A DNA stretch of 64,000 nucleotides, from positions 2,848,001 to 2,912,000 of the forward strand of contig OZ243961.1 in the NCBI GenBank assembly GCA_965214605.1. The letters run 5' to 3'. Both the position numbers and the translations under genes were made by a program. A model generated the notes under the pieces. The model was not told where the DNA came from, ran no database searches, and saw only the letters and a program-made list of their open reading frames with translations. Positions within the stretch are counted from its first letter, which is position 1, and each line of letters opens with the position of its first letter. This document shows, one piece after another, positions 61,942 through 64,000 of the stretch. The stretch comes from an uncultured Candidatus Binatia bacterium (GTDB lineage Bacteria; Desulfobacterota; Binatia; Bin18).

Positions 61942-63141
61942 ATGAGGCGCGGCCTGTTCGTTTTGTCTTTAGCCATTTTTGCGACCATGCTGGGCAACGG
62001 CGTGGTGATGCCATTTATCCCGCTGTATTCCCAGCAGTTTGGAGCCGAAGGCCTGACCATTGGGATCTTGTTTGGCTCGCATTCGGCCTCGCGTACCTTT
62101 TTACTGCCTTTTATCGGCCGCGCCTCCGATCGACGCGGTCGGAAAGCATTCCTGCTGTGGGGCGTGGCTTTTTATGCCGCGGCCTCGATCGCCTTTTTAC
62201 TGGCCAATAGCCTGTTTGTCTTAACCCTGGTCATGGCCCTCCAAGGGGTGGCGACGGCAATGGTCCAGCCTATCTCCATGGCCTATGTCGGCGACCTGAC
62301 TCCCAAGGGCCAAGAGGGAACGTATAGCGGCTATATTAATACGGCTTTTCTTGGCGGTGTGGCGGGTGGACCGGTGCTGGGGGGTGTGATCAGAGACCTG
62401 TATAATATGCAGGCCAGCTTCCTGCTGCTGGGTCTTCTGAGCCTCCTGTCTCTTATTCTGCTGTGGATGTTTCTGCCCGAGATTTCCCACGAGAAAAAGA
62501 CCCAGACGTCCACGCCCCTCCCCTTCCGTGAGCTCTTTTCGTGTTACCCGCTGGTTGGGGTGTCGGTCTTTCGGCTTAGCTACGCGGCAGCGAATGCGGC
62601 CATCTGGGTCTTCGTTCCTCTGCTCGCCTCCCAGCTGCTTGCGCTCACGACCTCTCAGATCGGTCTGTTGATCTCGCTCAATGTGTTGGTGAGCATGGTC
62701 CTGCAGGCGCCGTGCGGACGGCTGGCTGACTGGGTCAAGAATAAGACGATGTTGATTGTAAGCGGTGGACTAGTCAGCGCGCTAGCTCTGGCCCTGTTTC
62801 CTTTTGCGACCAGCTATTGGCATCTGGTGGTGCTCAATCTGCTCGTTGGTGGGGCGTTTGGTCTGGCCTATCCGGCCCACATGGCGGTGGCCATGGAGAA
62901 CGCCAAGGGTTTTGGCATGGGGACTGTGATGAGCCTGCTGCTAACAGTCCACAGCTTTGCCATGACGGTGGGGCCGGTGCTGTTCGGCCTGGTCATTGAT
63001 CTCTACAGCCTGAACGGCGTGTTCTACAGCGGTGGTCTCTTTGGCCTCCTGGTGACACTCGCCTGTTATGTGTTGGCCATGTTGCCGGTGACAACGACCG
63101 AGCCGGCGGCGGTGGACAAAAAGCCGGTGGTCGCCGACTAG
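61942..63141 (+). CDS. MFS transporter
   Basis: About 12 hydrophobic segments; motif A GRASDRRGRK and GRLADW. Confidence 0.92.
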   Translation: MRRGLFVLSLAIFATMLGNGVVMPFIPLYSQQFGAEGLTIGILFGSHSASRTFLLPFIGRASDRRGRKAFLLWGVAFYAAASIAFLLANSLFVLTLVMALQGVATAMVQPISMAYVGDLTPKGQEGTYSGYINTAFLGGVAGGPVLGGVIRDLYNMQASFLLLGLLSLLSLILLWMFLPEISHEKKTQTSTPLPFRELFSCYPLVGVSVFRLSYAAANAAIWVFVPLLASQLLALTTSQIGLLISLNVLVSMVLQAPCGRLADWVKNKTMLIVSGGLVSALALALFPFATSYWHLVVLNLLVGGAFGLAYPAHMAVAMENAKGFGMGTVMSLLLTVHSFAMTVGPVLFGLVIDLYSLNGVFYSGGLFGLLVTLACYVLAMLPVTTTEPAAVDKKPVVAD

Positions 63142-63158
63142 CGGTCTGCGCTTGCCCC

Positions 63159-64000
63159 TCACGCAAACATATCAAACGTCTCAAACTCACCCCGCAGCAG
63201 CGAGGCTGGGTCAGGATAACCGAGCCATTCTTTGATCAGGCTGGCGTACACCCGACGAAAGTCGGTGGTGTAGCGGAGATTGCCGTCGTCTAGTTCGGTC
63301 AGGCTCGGAGGGCTGCCGTAGTAGCCGCCTTTGACCCTGTCGCCCAGCACAAACACTGGCGTGGCCGTGCCGTGATCGGTCCCCTTGCTGGCGTTCTCCG
63401 GTACGCGACGGCCGAACTCGGTAAAGACCATGACGGTCACATCCTTGCCCCGGCCGATCCGCCCTAGGTCTTCAATAAATGCCCGGAGTGCGTCCGAGGA
63501 GTAGGTCAGGATTCGAGTGTGCAGGTCGAGTTGGTGGACATGCGTGTCAAATACATTCCCGGCATAGCTGACGTAGTACAGGTGGGCCGGCATCTCGGCT
63601 TTGATCAGAGCGGCAATTTTGCGCAGGTCCAGCCCTAAGCCGGCCGAGCGAGCGCCATAATCGACCGGGGTGTCATAGTCAGCCCAGGCCTGACGGACAA
63701 AGGCGGCGCTGTAGGTCACGTTTTCAACCAGGCTATTGAGAAAGGTGAGCGAGGCGTTGTAGGTCGGCCGGCTTTGGCTCAAGCGCTGAAAGACGGGTCG
63801 CTGTTGATAGAGTCCGCGGCGTGAAAAATTTTCCGGGTCGGAAAAGACTAGCGGGGAGTGATGACGGCTGCGCACGGCTAGTGACTGAGTGGCGGCGATA
63901 TTGACTAAGTAGTTGGGTCTGACCTGCGGGTTTATGGCGTCGGCCAAACGGCCGAGCCAGCCGAGTTTTTCGCCCGTATGAGGAATGCCGGTGTGCCAGA
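63159..64000 (-). CDS. DUF1501 family protein (5' truncated by window)
   Basis: WHTG..GWLGR, FDTH, FTEFGRR..EN.S.GTDHG, TTDFRRVYA. Confidence 0.88.
   Translation of the reverse strand, partial: WHTGIPHTGEKLGWLGRLADAINPQVRPNYLVNIAATQSLAVRSRHHSPLVFSDPENFSRRGLYQQRPVFQRLSQSRPTYNASLTFLNSLVENVTYSAAFVRQAWADYDTPVDYGARSAGLGLDLRKIAALIKAEMPAHLYYVSYAGNVFDTHVHQLDLHTRILTYSSDALRAFIEDLGRIGRGKDVTVMVFTEFGRRVPENASKGTDHGTATPVFVLGDRVKGGYYGSPPSLTELDDGNLRYTTDFRRVYASLIKEWLGYPDPASLLRGEFETFDMFA

Noticed and set aside
1-64000. CRISPR arrays, tRNA/rRNA genes, integrases, transposases, prophage genes
   Set aside because: No regularly spaced repeats, T-loop/cloverleaf patterns or mobility-gene motifs were recognised by eye; dedicated tools could still find short RNAs.

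Overview
GC-rich bacterial chromosomal window, mostly housekeeping and accessory catabolic genes from a diderm. It resembles Desulfobacterota/Binatia, but that placement is inference from gene style only. Contents in order: obgE(3')-proB-proA-nadD-rsfS; nucleoside phosphorylase, msrA and an AlkD-like gene; a heavily eroded McrB-family relic; crotonase, flavin monooxygenase and amidase genes; HugZ-like gene and CCA enzyme; murF-moeA followed by an orphan DNA-phosphorothioation-associated methyltransferase; ileS(type 2)-lspA; tandem glycine-zipper lipoproteins; a Gld-like ABC operon; rmlBAD; glk; a minus-strand operon bamD-E1(active)-thrC-like-Ubl sulfur carrier-E1(inactive)-cysD-cysNC; fabF-fabH; amidase, SDR and lipase; CYTH-CHAD and tcuAB; Pif1-like helicase; beta-propeller; Mo-oxidoreductase-pentapeptide fusion; amidase, two CoA-transferases and an MFS; DUF1501. 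The most interesting signal is the pair of ThiF/MoeB genes flanking the ubiquitin-like carrier, which have lost complementary parts. One has the ATP site and catalytic Cys but no N-terminal Arg finger. The other has only the Arg finger, dimer helix and Zn sites. This suggests an obligate heterodimeric E1 resembling eukaryotic NAE1-UBA3 or SAE1-SAE2, serving a carrier-dependent sulfur amino acid pathway. No rRNA, tRNA, CRISPR array or intact mobile element was recognised. All calls are by-eye motif recognition; no database searches were run.
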